From assembly GCA_040954595.2 (NCBI GenBank), contig CM082578.2, forward strand, positions 4,198,831 to 4,262,830: 64,000 nt of DNA. Reading direction: 5' to 3'. The DNA comes from Balanoglossus misakiensis. Its lineage: Eukaryota; Animalia; Hemichordata. The position numbers were made by a program, and so were the translations under genes. The notes below the pieces were generated by a model. That model did not search any database. It was not told the origin of the DNA and saw only the letters and a list, made by a program, of their open reading frames with translations. This document shows, in pieces, positions 25,301-38,054 of the stretch (position 1 is the stretch's first letter; each line of letters starts with the position of its first letter).

Positions 25301-28300
25301 CCTACTTTACCATATCTCGGCAACCAACGCAGATACAGCCTTGGCATTTGGAGGCATGGAACTCCTAATGGAGCCTTATACTTTACCTCATTAATTATGT
25401 GCATATCTAATTCCAGGCGAACCAATAGGGCTAGAGGTCTGTTTTTTCTTGGACCTGGACTAGTATGGGGTCAAAATTTTTTGCCCAACTTTCGGGTGGC
25501 CTCAGGTGACCTTTGACCTACTTTCCTATATCTCGGCATCCACAGCAGGTACAGACTTGGCGTTTGGAGGGTTGTGACTAAAATTGAAAAGACAAAATTG
25601 GGGGTCACCTGTGACACCTGCTTATCTCATTAATTATGTGCATACCTGATTCCAGGCTAGCCAATAGGGCTAGAGGTTTGATTTTTATTGAACATGGACC
25701 AGTATGGGGTTAAAATTTCTTGCCCAATTTTGGGTGACCTCAGGTGACCTTTGACCTACTTTACCATATCTCGACAACCAACGCAGATACAGCCTTGGCA
25801 TTTGGAGGCATGGAACTTCTAATGGAGCCATATACTTTACGTCATTAATTATGTGCATATCTAATTCCAGGCGAACCAATAGGGCTACAGGTCTGTTTTT
25901 TCTTGGACCTGGACTAGTATGGGGTCAAAATTTTTTGCCCAACTTTCGGGTGGCCTCAGGTGACCTTTGACCTACTTTCCTATATCTCGGCATCCAGAAC
26001 AGGTACAGCATTTGTGTTTGGATGGATTGAACTATTAATGGAGTCTTACGCTTTACATCATTAATTATGCGCATATCTAATTTCAGACAAGCCAATAGGG
26101 CTAGAGGTCTGGTTTCTGTTGGACCTGGACTAGTATTGGGATCAAAACGTTTTGCCCAAATTTTGGGTGACCACATATGACCTTTGACCTTCGGCTTAAG
26201 CTTGGGCCCGTCATCGCTGCTTGCAGCTATATTCTTCTTTTTTTTTTTCTTGTGTCGTTTTTTTGCCCAACAGGATCTTGAAAACGGCTGAACCTACAAA
26301 TCTCAAACTTGGCACAATGGTGCAGGTCTATGAGAGCTGGTGCAGTATCCCTGTGAATGTTTAATTAGTCATGTGACCTGATGACCATATATGGGCAAAG
26401 TTTTCAAATGGGCCTAATTTGCATATGAATGGAGATATCAAAATTCTTTTAGCGATTTTTGCAGACCATGGGGTCAGTGTCCTACATGCCAAATGTCAAG
26501 GCCGTGGGCCAAGTCTATTTTGAGAAGAAGATTTTTTTATTTTTCATATTTTTAAACCCAGCCATGGGCCTATACTTTCTATAGTTAAGCTATGGCGCTA
26601 TGTCCACGTCGGCTGTGCAATGGTCCTGTACAGTGACTCTCTATTGGCCCGTGAGCAGAATGGGACCACAATAAAAGGCAAAATTTTGGGCTCACCTGTA
26701 ACACCTGCTTAACTCATTAATTATGTGCATACCTAATTCCAGGCTAACTAATAAGGCTAGAGGTTTTGTTCTTGTGGGACATGGATCAGTATGGCATCCA
26801 AATTTTTTGCCCAAATTTTGGGTGACCTCAGGTGACCTTTGACCTACTTTCCTATATCTCGGCATCCACAGCAGGTACTGACTTGGCGTTTGGAGGGTTG
26901 TGACTAAAATTGAAAAGACAAAATTAGGGGTCACCTGTGACACCTGCTTATCTCATTAATTATGTGCATACCTAATTCCAGGCTAGCCAATAGGGCTAGA
27001 GGTTTGATTTTTGTTGAACATGGACCAGTATGGGGTTAAAATTTCTTGCCCAATTTTGGGTGACCTCAGGTGACCTTTGACCTACTTTACCATATCTCGG
27101 CAACCAGCGCAGATACAGCCTTGGCATTTGGAGGCATGGAACTCCTAATGAAGCCTTATACTTTACCCCATTAATTATGTGCATATCTAATTCTAGGCGA
27201 ACCAATAGGGTTAGAGGCCTGATTTTTGTTGGACCTGGACTGGTATGGGGTCAAAATTTTTTGCTAAACTTTCGGATGGCCTCAGGTGACCTTTGACCTA
27301 CTTTCCTATATCTCGGCATCCAGAACAGGTACAGCATTTGTGTTTGGATGGATCGAACTATTGATAGAGTCTTACACTTTACATCATTAATTATGCACAT
27401 ATCTAATTTCAGACAAACCAATAGGGCTAGAGGTCTGGTTTCTGTTGGACCTGGACTAGTATGGGGGTCAAAACTTTTTGCCCAATTTTTGGGTGACCAC
27501 ATATGACCTTTGACCTTCGGCTTAAGCTTGTGCCCATCATCGCTGCTTGCAGCTATATTTAGGGCACAAGCCAAGCAGGCTTGTGCCCTATTGGTATTAC
27601 TGGGGTTTTTCATCCTCTTCTTTTTCTTGTGTAGTTTTTTTGCCCAATAGGATCTTGAAAACGGCTGAACCTACAAATCTCAAATTTGGCACAGTGATGC
27701 AGGCCTATGAGAGCTGGTGCAGTATCCCTGTGAATGTTTAATTAGTCATGTGACCTGATGACCATATATGGGCAAAGTTTTCAAATGGGCCTAATTTGCA
27801 TATGAATGGAGATATCAAAATTCTTTAAGCAACTTTTGTGGACCATGTGATCAGTGTCCTACATGCCAAATATCAAGGCCGTGGGCCAAGTCTATTTTGA
27901 GAAGAAGATTATTAAATATTATTTGTCATATTTGTGGACCCAGCCATAGGCCTATACTTTCTATAGTTAAGCTATGACGCTATGTCCACGTCTGTGCAAT
28001 TGTCCTGTACAGTGACTGCCTACTGGCCCGTGAGCAGAATGGGACCAAATTAAAAGGCAAAATTTCGGGCTCACCTGTAACACCTGCTAAAGTCATTAAT
28101 TATGTGCATACCTAATTCCGGGCTAACTAATAGGGCTAGAGGTTTCGTTCTTTTTGGTCATGGACCAGTATGGGGTTAAAAAATTTTTCCCAAATTCTGG
28201 GTGACCTCAGGTGACCTTTGACCTACTTTCCTATATCTCCACATCAATAGCAGGTACAGACTTGGCGTTTGGAGGGTTGGGACTATAATTGAAAAGCCAA

Positions 28301-31300
28301 AATTGGGGGTCACCTGTGACACCTGCTTATCTCATTAATTATGTGCATACCTAATTCCAGGCTAACCAATAGGGTTAGAGGTTTGATTTTTGTTGAACAT
28401 GGACCAGTATAGGCTCAAAATTTCTTGCCCAAATTTTGCATGACCTCAGGTGACCTTTGACCTAATTTACCATATCTTGGCAACCAGAGCAGGCAAAGAC
28501 TTGGCGTTTGGAGGGTTGGGACTAAAATTGAAAAGTCAAAATTTGGGGTCACCAGTGACACCTGCATATCTCATTAATTATGTGCATACCTAATTCCAGG
28601 CTAACCAATAGGGCTAGAGGTTTTGTTCTTGTGGGACATGGATCAGTATGGGGTCAAAAATTATGCCCAAATTTTGGGTGACCTCCGGTGACCTTTGACC
28701 TACTTTGCTATATCTTGGCATCCAGAACAGGTACAGCATTTGTGTTTGGATGGATCGAACTATTAATGGAGTCTTACACTTTACATCACTAATTATGTGC
28801 ATATCTAATTTCAGACAAACCAATAGGGCTAGAGGTCAGGTTTCTGTTGGACCTGGACTAGTATGGGGGTCAAAACTTTTTGCCCAAATTTTGGGTGACC
28901 ACATATGACCTTTGACCTTCGGCTTAAGCTTGTGCCCGTCATCGCTGCTTGCAGCTATATTCATCTTTTTTTTTTTCTTGTGTAGTTTTTTTGCTCAGGT
29001 AGATCTTGAAAACGGCTGAACCTACAAATCTCAAACTTGGCACAATGGTGCAGGCCTATGAGAGCTGGTGCAGTATCCCTGTGAATGTTTAATTAGTCAT
29101 GTGGCTTGATGACCATATATGGGCAAAGTTTTCAAATGAGGCCTAATTTGCATATGAATGGAGATATCGAAATTCTTTTAGCAAATTTTGTGGACCATGT
29201 GATCAGTGTCCTACATGCCAAATATCAAGGCCGTGGGCCAAGTCTATTTTGAGAAGAAGACTTGTAAATATTAGTAGTTTTTCATATTTTTGGACCCAGC
29301 CATGGGCCTATACTTTCTATAGTTAAGCTATGACGCCATGTACACGTCTGTGCAATGGTCCTGTACAGTGACTGCCTACTGGCCCGTGAGCAGAATGGGA
29401 CCACATTAAAAGGCAAAATTTCGGGCTCACCTGTAACACCTGCTAAACTCATTAATTATGTGCATACCTAATTCCAGGCTAACTAATAGGGCTAGAGGTT
29501 TCGTTCTTTTTGGTCATGGACCAGTATGGGGTTAAAAAAATTTGCCCAAATTCTGGGTGACCTCAGGTGACCTTTGACCTACTTTCCTATATCTCCGCAT
29601 CCAGAGCAGTTACAGACTTGGCGTTTGGAGGGTTGGGACTATAATTGAAAAGCCAAAATTGGGGGTCACCTGTGACACCTGCTTATCTCATTAATTATGT
29701 GCATACCTAATTCCAGGCTAACCGATAGGGCTAGAGGTTTTGTTCTTGTGGGACATGGACCAGTATGAGGTTAAAAAATTTGCCCAAATTTTGGGTGACC
29801 TCAGGTGACCTTTGACCTACTGTCCTATATCTCCGCATCAATAGCAGGTACAGACTTGGCGTTTGGAGGGTTGGGACTATAATTGAAAAGCCAAATTTGG
29901 GGGTCACCTGTGACACCTGCTTATCTCATTAATTATGTGCATACCTAATTCCAGGCTAACCAATAGGGTTAGAGGTTTGATTTTTGTTGAACATGGACCA
30001 GTATAGGCTCAAAATTTCTTGCCCAAATTTTGCATGACCTCAGGTGACCTTTGACCTACTTTTGCATATATCGGCATCCAAAGCAGGTACAGTCTTGGCA
30101 TTTGGAGGTATGGGGCCATAATGAAAAGCCAAAGTTTTGGGTCACCTGTGACACCTGCTTTACTCATTATTTATGTGCATACCTAATTCCGGGCTAACCA
30201 AAAGGGCTAGATGTCTGGTTTTTGTTGGACATGGACCACTATGGGTCAAAATTTTCTGCCCAAATTTTGGGTGACCTCAGATGACCTTTGACCTACTTAA
30301 CACTATATCAACACCAAACATAGATATAACCTTGATATTTCATGGGATAAAACACAGCATTATGTTTCTACTCATTAATTATGTGCATATCTAATAATCA
30401 GATCAGATAATAGAGCTTGGGCCCGGACAATGCTGCTTGCAGCTTTAATTCTTTCTTTCTTTCTTTATTCTTCTGTCATTTCTTTGTCGCTCTAGATCTC
30501 AGACACCACTGCAGGTACAGTTCTCAAACTTGCTACAGTGGTCAAGGTCAATGAGTAGTCGTGCATTGAACCCATGAATTTTTAATTAGTCACATGACCT
30601 GGCGGCCATCTTGGATTTTCTGAAAAAATGCAAATCTCAGATCTCAGAAACTACAAGTCAGATCGACTTCAAATTTGGCGTGCAGGTAGACTACCTTCTG
30701 TCAAACATTTTTGTAATTGGAAATTATGTTGTCAATGTTGCAGTTTTTTTGCTACAATTTTTTTTCTGAAATCTGGCGTAAATTTCAAAAATCTTCTTCT
30801 CCAGAACCGGTGATAACCGAGACATGGGGTTTGGGGTATGTGGTCACCTAACTGATGTCTATCAAGTTTGCGAAGATCATTGTGATTGGTCGAAGATTAT
30901 GGCGGCCATATTGGATTTTCGAAAAACCCTAGTAAAATTTCAAAAATCTTCTTCTCGAGAACCGGCGATAACCGAGTCACAAGATTTTGTGTGTGTGGTC
31001 ATTTAACAGATGTCTATCAAGTTTGCAAAGAGGAATGTGATTGGTCGAAGATTATGGTGGCCATATTGGATTTTGTGAAAAACGATTAAAAAGTAAAAAT
31101 TCCCTTTCTAGCCTAAAAATTGATAGCACAGAAATTCTTTTTATGGATATGAATCATCATATGACAACAATAAGCTATAAATATTTTGGTAATTTTGGCA
31201 ATGACCTTTGACCTACTTTTGACGCATCATTTTTCTGCATATCTAATTCCAGGCTAACCAATAGGGCTATAAGTTTGGTTTTTGATGTATGTGGATGTGT

Positions 31301-31628
31301 ATGTGATCAAAAATTTTTGCTACTTTTCATGACCCCTTTGACCTCTGCTGACCTCATTAAATATGTACATACCTAATTACAGATGAACCAATAGACCTAG
31401 AGGTTTGGTTTTTGTTATACATGGACCACTATGGGTCAAAATTTTCTGCCCAAATGTTGGGTGACCTTTGACCTACTTTACACTATCAGCACCAAACATA
31501 GATAAAACCTTGATATTTCATGGGATAAAACACAGCATTATGTTTCTACTCATTAATTATGTGCATATCTAATAATCAGATCAGGTAATAGAGCTTGGGC
31601 CCCGACAATGCTGCTTGCAGCTTTAATT
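22321..31628. mobile_element. Cluster of nested family-1 hairpin-ended elements
   Basis: 13 head hairpins (7 at 22321-22705, 5 at 23974-24230, 1 at 27560) and 6 tails (ending ~23974, 26233, 27559, 28960, 30449, 31628), with internal ~180-240-bp tandem modules. Confidence 0.85.
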
Positions 31629-31798
31629 GACCATGATTTCTCAAGAACACACATTATATGGCTATTATCGCAATTATTTTGTTCCATACATACACTTAAA
31701 GTATAATTTCGATAGCATAACATCTTTTATACAGTACAAGTATTGAGTTTTTGTCATGTAGGATATGTCATATGCCAGAAAAAATTAAATGACTTTAA

Positions 31799-32536
31799 GG
31801 TGGCATTGCATGAAAAGTTGTGATTTTTGCCAAATTTTACTTTTTTACATAAATCGGTAGGCCTAATACTGATCCACATCCTGACTAATACGCCTTGGCG
31901 GAAATGGTGCATAATCACCCATAAATAGCACTTTTCTGAATGAGTTCACAGCTTAACAAATAGGTGTCAACAATGCAAATGGCCGTTTTTCTCAGTTTGC
32001 ATTTTCGCTGCTCTTGACAACTTCAGAAGAATTTAGCTTTGATCTGCGTTGGCCGAATTTGCTCAAATTTTAACAGGGGATTGTGTATGACCCATCCAAC
32101 AAAACGGTATTTTTGTTAGTCGATAAAGTGTCACTGGCGGGAATAAACTCTGATTCAATACAACTCACCGTGAATTTGATCAAATTTTACTAAAAATCTA
32201 ACTTTCAAACGCTGTTACTCCTCAGTGGAAGCAGATAAGGCAAAACAAAATTACCGTTTCTTTGCACGTGTACTCTGGTTTCAAATGACATATTAAGATG
32301 CATGATGCATGGTCAACTTTTTTACCTAATTTAAATTTAATGACATATCAAAAAATTGGCTTTTTAACCCAAAAACGCCACCATTTCCGGGGATCAATAA
32401 TATATGCAACTCAAACAAAAGTTCAAAAACTCAGCTTCCAGAATATATATGGTTAAGGTTTATGAGGGTTTTAACGTTGTCTTTGATGAGAAATAGGCCT
32501 CTGAAAAAATCTTGACAGTTTCATGCGATGCGACCT
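31799..32536. mobile_element. TTAA-flanked TIR element (Kolobok-like)
   Basis: ttaa-GGTGGCATTGCATGAAA..TTTCATGCGATGCGACC-ttaa; inverted copy at 46681-47390. Confidence 0.82.
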
Positions 32537-32803
32537 TAAATTATATATTAAGCATTCTTTCCCTGAGTCGAGTCATCACATTATTCAGTTTTTAAAAGAA
32601 TTGAAGGCATATCTTGCAAGAAATTGGCAACCCCTGGGATACTTTACATTGACGTTGAGTTAAAATGGCTGTCAGGGTTATTTGTCAGCATTTTTATTCT
32701 GTGTTTCTACCATGGTTTCCTGTTCGGTTCACCAAGGCAGGGTTTAATCCCATAAGAAATTACAATTGACCCACATATCAATTCTGAACACTTGTTGTTA
32801 CAG

Positions 32804-32866
32804 GACACGGAAAAGAAGCTTGTGAAATGTATCCTGGAAGTGCAATTTCATGTTGTCCCATTGCAG
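32804..32866 (+). CDS. Short Cys-containing linker exon
   Basis: ttacag|..HGKEACEMYPGSAISCCPIA..G|gtgagt; 63 nt, phase 1-1. Confidence 0.75.
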
Positions 32867-33598
32867 GTGAGTTGTTGGGGATTATTTTGCAGGTATAATA
32901 TGCCCTGTCAACTGAATCGGAATTAATAGAAAGAGAGCTACATTATGTTACTGTCCCCACGCAGCATTTCCCATCGCAAGCTATAGTATATAAGTGAGCG
33001 ATCACCCTGGAAGTTGCCAACGTGCTGAAATTGTCTTGCTCTGAATTTGGTTTACGAAACATGTTCGGAAATTCAGATTTGACTGAGAATTGGAAAGAAC
33101 AACAAATGCGCACAAAACACAACAAACTGTCCTCTCAATTATGATGACTCGACACGCTTGCCCATAGAGAGACATGACTGACACAACTGATAACCCCCCC
33201 CCCCCCCCATCAACCCTGCAGTGTGCGGAAAACTCTTGTCACGGTTTCATTGATAATGCAACAATGACTGTCATGACCCTTAAGCTTATGTGTTTAATAA
33301 ATACGGTAGCTAGTGGAAATGATGGTAGGTCTGACAAGTGTCAGGCCGCAGCCAATAAAAAAATCTAGAAACTTGAATATAAAACATGTCACTGTTCTTA
33401 GGATATTTAAATCAACAACACATCGACCTATGATGATTTTAACATAACTGTAGTATTTGTGATAAAATACACAATAGAAATAACAAAACAGACACGTATG
33501 AACAAATTCTGCTATTTGCTATAAATTATGTATTTACGAGAACTTGACGGCATTCAAATTTGATGAAAGCGAGCAACAGCAGAGAAATATTACATAAA

Positions 33599-34016
33599 TA
33601 ACACAAGCGACCTAGAGGCCAATACAGCTCCTCTGTAATACTATGCATATAATCGGGGCAACTGTTTCATACTTAAATAGATAATTTCTTTTTGAGACTC
33701 GGACAAACTTGACAGTAAATCTAAAAGGCGAATTTGCGAATGTTCACAATTTGAAAAATAATCTGAAATAGATCACACCAGAGACCTGCAGATCAAATTT
33801 CAAGGGAATCAACAAATGGAAATAGCCCCAAAAGTACAAAAATGCAATTTAATGTCACCATAATTTGAACAAAAGTAAACTTAGGTCATCCGAAGGATCT
33901 GCATACCGACCAGTGATTTCAGAGAAGAAGACAAATGTCAATTTGACAGACGGTGGACACCATATGATGACAGAAAATCAATGTTAAGCTCCGCGTCGCT
34001 GACAGTGGAATTAAAC
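33599..34016. mobile_element. Degenerate HINE-like element
   Basis: AACACAAGCG..GGCC..CAGCTC start, AGAGAAGAAG and GACAGACGG core, terminal AGCTCC..GGAATTAAA stem. Confidence 0.4.
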
Positions 34017-34271
34017 TGGGAACATCAATTGTTATTCATAATGAGACAGATTTGATTAGCATGAAGTAAATGACATATTTTTATAGCCTGAACGCCAAGC
34101 TACTAGAACTACTTCTTGTATAAACAAGTCACTGTAAGTTCAGCTGGGCTTCAAATTTGTCTTCGACAGGACATGCAACGTTACATGCAAACGAATAACT
34201 GAAGGTATTGAACATGCAGCTGTTTCGTGAACAACCAATCTTACTTCTATCGTTCCTCTCAACATTTGCAG

Positions 34272-34511
34272 ACACTGAAAACCCTATTATCACATGCCCA
34301 TCAGACATTGAAACACCGACATACATTGGCATTCCTACAATGCCAGTGGTATGGCCTCTTCCGGTTTGTAGCGACGATTCCGGAAATGTGACTGTGTCTG
34401 GCGGCCATGAACCAGGAAGCAACTTTACCATCGGTGTTACTCTTGTATCATACACAGCTAAGGATCCTTATGGAAATTCCGCTTCTTGTTCATTTTCTGT
34501 TACAGTCAAAG
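34272..34511 (+). CDS. HYR domain 1
   Basis: DTENPIITCPSDI..VVW..SDDSG..HEPGSNFTIGVTLVSYTAKDPYGNSASCSFSVTV matches the HYR consensus. Confidence 0.95.
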
Positions 34512-34898
34512 GTGACGTCGTTTTTTTTCGTTTATCTGGTTATTCATGTAAAATAAGCTTCAGTTCCGACTAACACAGGAATCAACGTTTAAAAAGGAAT
34601 CCAAGTTTACTTCCATTCTAGCATACACAGATTGTTGCCGCGTTTGTGGACGAGTTTGGTAAATTCCGAGACAAAGATATTATGGAAGTCTTACTGACTG
34701 GACGTGTACATTTGTATTATCACATCAATTCGTCTTGAAAGCGATTTCAGCCAAATCGCACATATATTTTGAGTGTGTTGGTGTAACCAATCACATTATG
34801 GCAAAGGCAATATCACCAGTTAATGTAGTTGTACTGTCATCGCTCTTTAGTGAACAACCAATCTTAATACTTCTATCGTTCCTCTCAACATTTCGCAG

Positions 34899-35138
34899 AC
34901 ACTGAAAACCCTGTCATCACATGCCCATCAGACATTGAAACAATGACATACTTGGACAATCCTACACTCCCAGTGACATGGTCATTTCCGAATGTGAGCG
35001 ACAATTCCAGAAATGTGACTGTGTCTGGCAGCCATGAACCAGGGAGCAACTTTACCATCGGTGTTACTTTTGTATCATACACAGCTAAGGATCCTTACGG
35101 AAATTCTGCTTCTTGTTCATTGTCTGTTACGGTCAAAG
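34899..35138 (+). CDS. HYR domain 2
   Basis: Near-duplicate of HYR1, including the acceptor region; canonical splice sites. Confidence 0.95.
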
Positions 35139-35627
35139 GTAAAGTGTCAGCCATTTTTCGTCTTTATGGTTAGTACGGTGGCCCCTACAGACCAAGGATA
35201 ATAATTTTTTTTTATAATTTTCTTTAATTACAATATCTTGTCCCCAAAAGCAAACAAATCTTCGTGGAAGCAAGTGTAAAAATTTTAATTTTGATTTTAT
35301 TTTCCCCTTGACAAACAATATCTTTAATTTTAAGTGGGAAATTTATTCCTCTAAACAAACTTTTTAATTCTGTACAGAAAACGATAGTTTGTGGTAAATT
35401 GCATTTAATATTTCTACAAGAATAAACTAACTTTTTCAAGTGTAAACATCGAACAAACCATTTGTTTCTCAAAGTCTAGTTTTATTTTGTAGACCTTAAG
35501 TATAATATGTAAACTTTTCTTCGCTCTATACTGTTGAAGGTCTTTCTGTTATACAGTTTGTTTCACATTGTGTTGAGGGCCAAATAAGATTCTTATTTTG
35601 ATCTAATATGTTTCATTCCATTTTACA

Positions 35628-35698
35628 TGTTGACTACTCTACGGTACATCAATGAAGGTGTTGTAAGACCTTTAGTTGTCAATGAAAGACCTTCAAAT
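35628..35698 (+). CDS. Candidate linker exon (phase 1 to 0) with a defective acceptor
   Basis: LTTLRYINEGVVRPLVVNERPSN|gtaagt. The polypyrimidine tract ends ttttaca-TG with no AG. Confidence 0.45.
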
Positions 35699-36446
35699 GT
35701 AAGTACACAATTGATAATATAAGCTGCATTTATACCATAGTATACGACATTAATGTGCGAGGCGAAGCCTTGCATATAATGGAGTACTACATGTATTTGT
35801 GAGTTTGAGTTCATTATTAGCCACGACTTAACATAAGGAGATTATTTTGATCGATATCGACAATATTGAAAGCATTTTTATTTAACAGGAATTATAAATA
35901 AACTGCCGTGCATTAAAAACACACGATCAAACCAAAATACCTCAGACATAGTAAAACTCAAACATCTGACGCCTTTTGGTATATATTAAAGCCACAACAA
36001 TCTGCCTGGTGGACTAAAGACACCTAGAATATGTAGATACCTGTCTATACCATATATCTGTCGTTTATCAGGAGAACGAGCGTTGCTCCCATTATATTCT
36101 GACCCAGTCTCTGCTGCGGTGAGCCTGAGTAAATACCAGAACCTTCATTTCTACCGTTGACCAACGTATCCACTATCCGCCACAGAATTTGCGTGGTGTG
36201 ACTGGACAGGCCAGCGCTAACAAACCAACACTACCAATTATTTGTACGTACATAAGGCCCAATGCGACAATGTGTTCCAGTGACGTTCAGTCGACTGCTC
36301 ATAAATACCCTGTTTAAACAATTAACAATGTGGCGCAGTGTAGTGTACAGCTCGACAAGGACCTAATTCAACTGCATAGGCAACAACTGTGGAAGCATAA
36401 TTTCGAATATTCATTTATGTTTTACTCTATTAATATACTCCTACAG

Positions 36447-36543
36447 ATAATAGAGATTTTGAACAACTTGTCGGACACGATTTCTGGACTTCAGGGTTTC
36501 AACTTAAATGTGTCTGCAGCAGAACGGCAAGATATGGCTGAAG
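36447..36543 (+). CDS. Helical GAIN-A/stalk exon with GC donor
   Basis: ctacag|IIEILNNLSDTISGLQGFNLNVSAAERQDMAE; AAG|GCAAGT gives the phase 1 required by the next exon. Confidence 0.75.
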
Positions 36544-37180
36544 GCAAGTGACGTTGAATTTATTAGAAAGTCTTAATCTTTGCAGTTAAACCTTGCAACA
36601 GTTTTCCTTTTGTGATTAAGGCCCCGTCCTAGTGCATGAAAGAAGGTTTGCTTCTACAGAAATTCGGACACAGTGATATTTTTACTACACTCCGCTGTTC
36701 AATGATTTGCGATTCTTTAATGTAAAGTTGAATATTGAATAAAGGTAACTACGAGCTTCATAGAGCAGCATCGACACGCTAAACAACTCTCGTCGTCCGT
36801 GATCGAATCTTCTACCCCTTTCTCTTCAAGTCTCTCTCAACACGCACTACTTCAACTGTGCAATTGGGATGAGGGGGGGGGGAGGGGGGCGCCTCTTTGT
36901 CTACTAAATTGTGACGTTGTACAATTTTAGAGATAACGCGTTGCTGGCATCAAAGAAATACAGTGTTACCAGTTTGGCGTTTGTTGCAGCTATTTTGAAT
37001 TCTGTGGTAAAAATTGCAAGCTTTTGAGGTGGCCCAGGGTTTGATAACCAGCATTGTCACAATATTTTCTAACAAAAGGTATGATTTCAAAATCTGCTAA
37101 TGTAAATAGCAACTAATTAGCTGAATATAATTCATGCTCATGATTTCATAAATTTTTCAATATACATGTTCTACTTGCAG

Positions 37181-37506
37181 GAATGGTGCACTTTATTGAT
37201 TCACTCATTAATGCAACAACATCCCTGATGTCATCATCCAGTGACAGTTATTACGACAGTCAGTCACTGTTAACAGCTCTGCTTCGTGCAACCGACGTCA
37301 TCTCAAAATTTGCTTTACGCAACTCTAAACCTGGCAGTGGTCCAATAGTGTTGAATACAACAAACATCAATTTGTATTTGGAAGTCAGCACCGTTGAGAA
37401 TTTCACTAACTCAGAGATAAAGCTGGGAGATGGTAATGCTGTGGTCATTCCACCAGCAGAGAAAATATTCTCAAACTTTACTCCAGGAGAGCATATAAAT
37501 ATGATA
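37181..37506 (+). CDS. GAIN-region exon
   Basis: ttgcag|GMVHFIDSL..LLRATDVISKFALRNSKPGSGPIVLNTTNINLYL..INMI|gtaagt; multiple N-glycosylation sequons. Confidence 0.85.
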
Positions 37507-37945
37507 GTAAGTTTTTTTAAAGTCACTCTTTCGTTACTCGTGAACTACAAGACTGTTCTTGTGTTTGTAATACAACAAGTTCAATATTAGTGTGGCGGGT
37601 CCCTATCGCAAGACATACACACATATATCCATGCATGTTTACTTACAAGGTTCCTGATCTGTTAATTGTACTTATTGCACACAAGGCGGTCGTACATGTA
37701 TACGCAATCACTGCATTGCAGGTACGGGAAATTTTCACACACGTACACGGCAAAAGGTATTAGTGTCTACTACCCGTTTGATGCATTCACATACAAATCA
37801 CGGCTTGTCTTGTCGAGAGAATGCAAAAGTACGGCCAAGCAAGATCCAGAACCTGGGTGTCGCATCACAGACACGGGTACAGGTTGGGTTGCTCTGCTGA
37901 TTATAGCAGTGGCCTAAAAAGGCTTTCTTCTGATCATGCGCACAG

Positions 37946-38054
37946 GTTACAAGTGTGAATAGGAGATGCCTACAATATGACGAAAGAAGTGGTTTCTTTG
38001 CCAACGATGTCGTAAGTTTGTCGTTCACGGACAGTCAGGACAGTGAAATAGAAG
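37946..38054 (+). CDS. GAIN-region exon
   Basis: cacag|VTSVNRRCLQYDERSGFFANDVVSLSFTDSQDSEIE G|gtatgt; the VVSLSF.D..G/S.EI pattern is typical of GAIN-B. Confidence 0.8.

Noticed and set aside
22428-31089. Recurrent ORFs such as MVRLELDMHIIN.. and MQISDLRNYKSD..
   Set aside because: These are translations of repeat units. Stops and frameshifts vary between copies, and no Rep, helicase or transposase motifs were seen.
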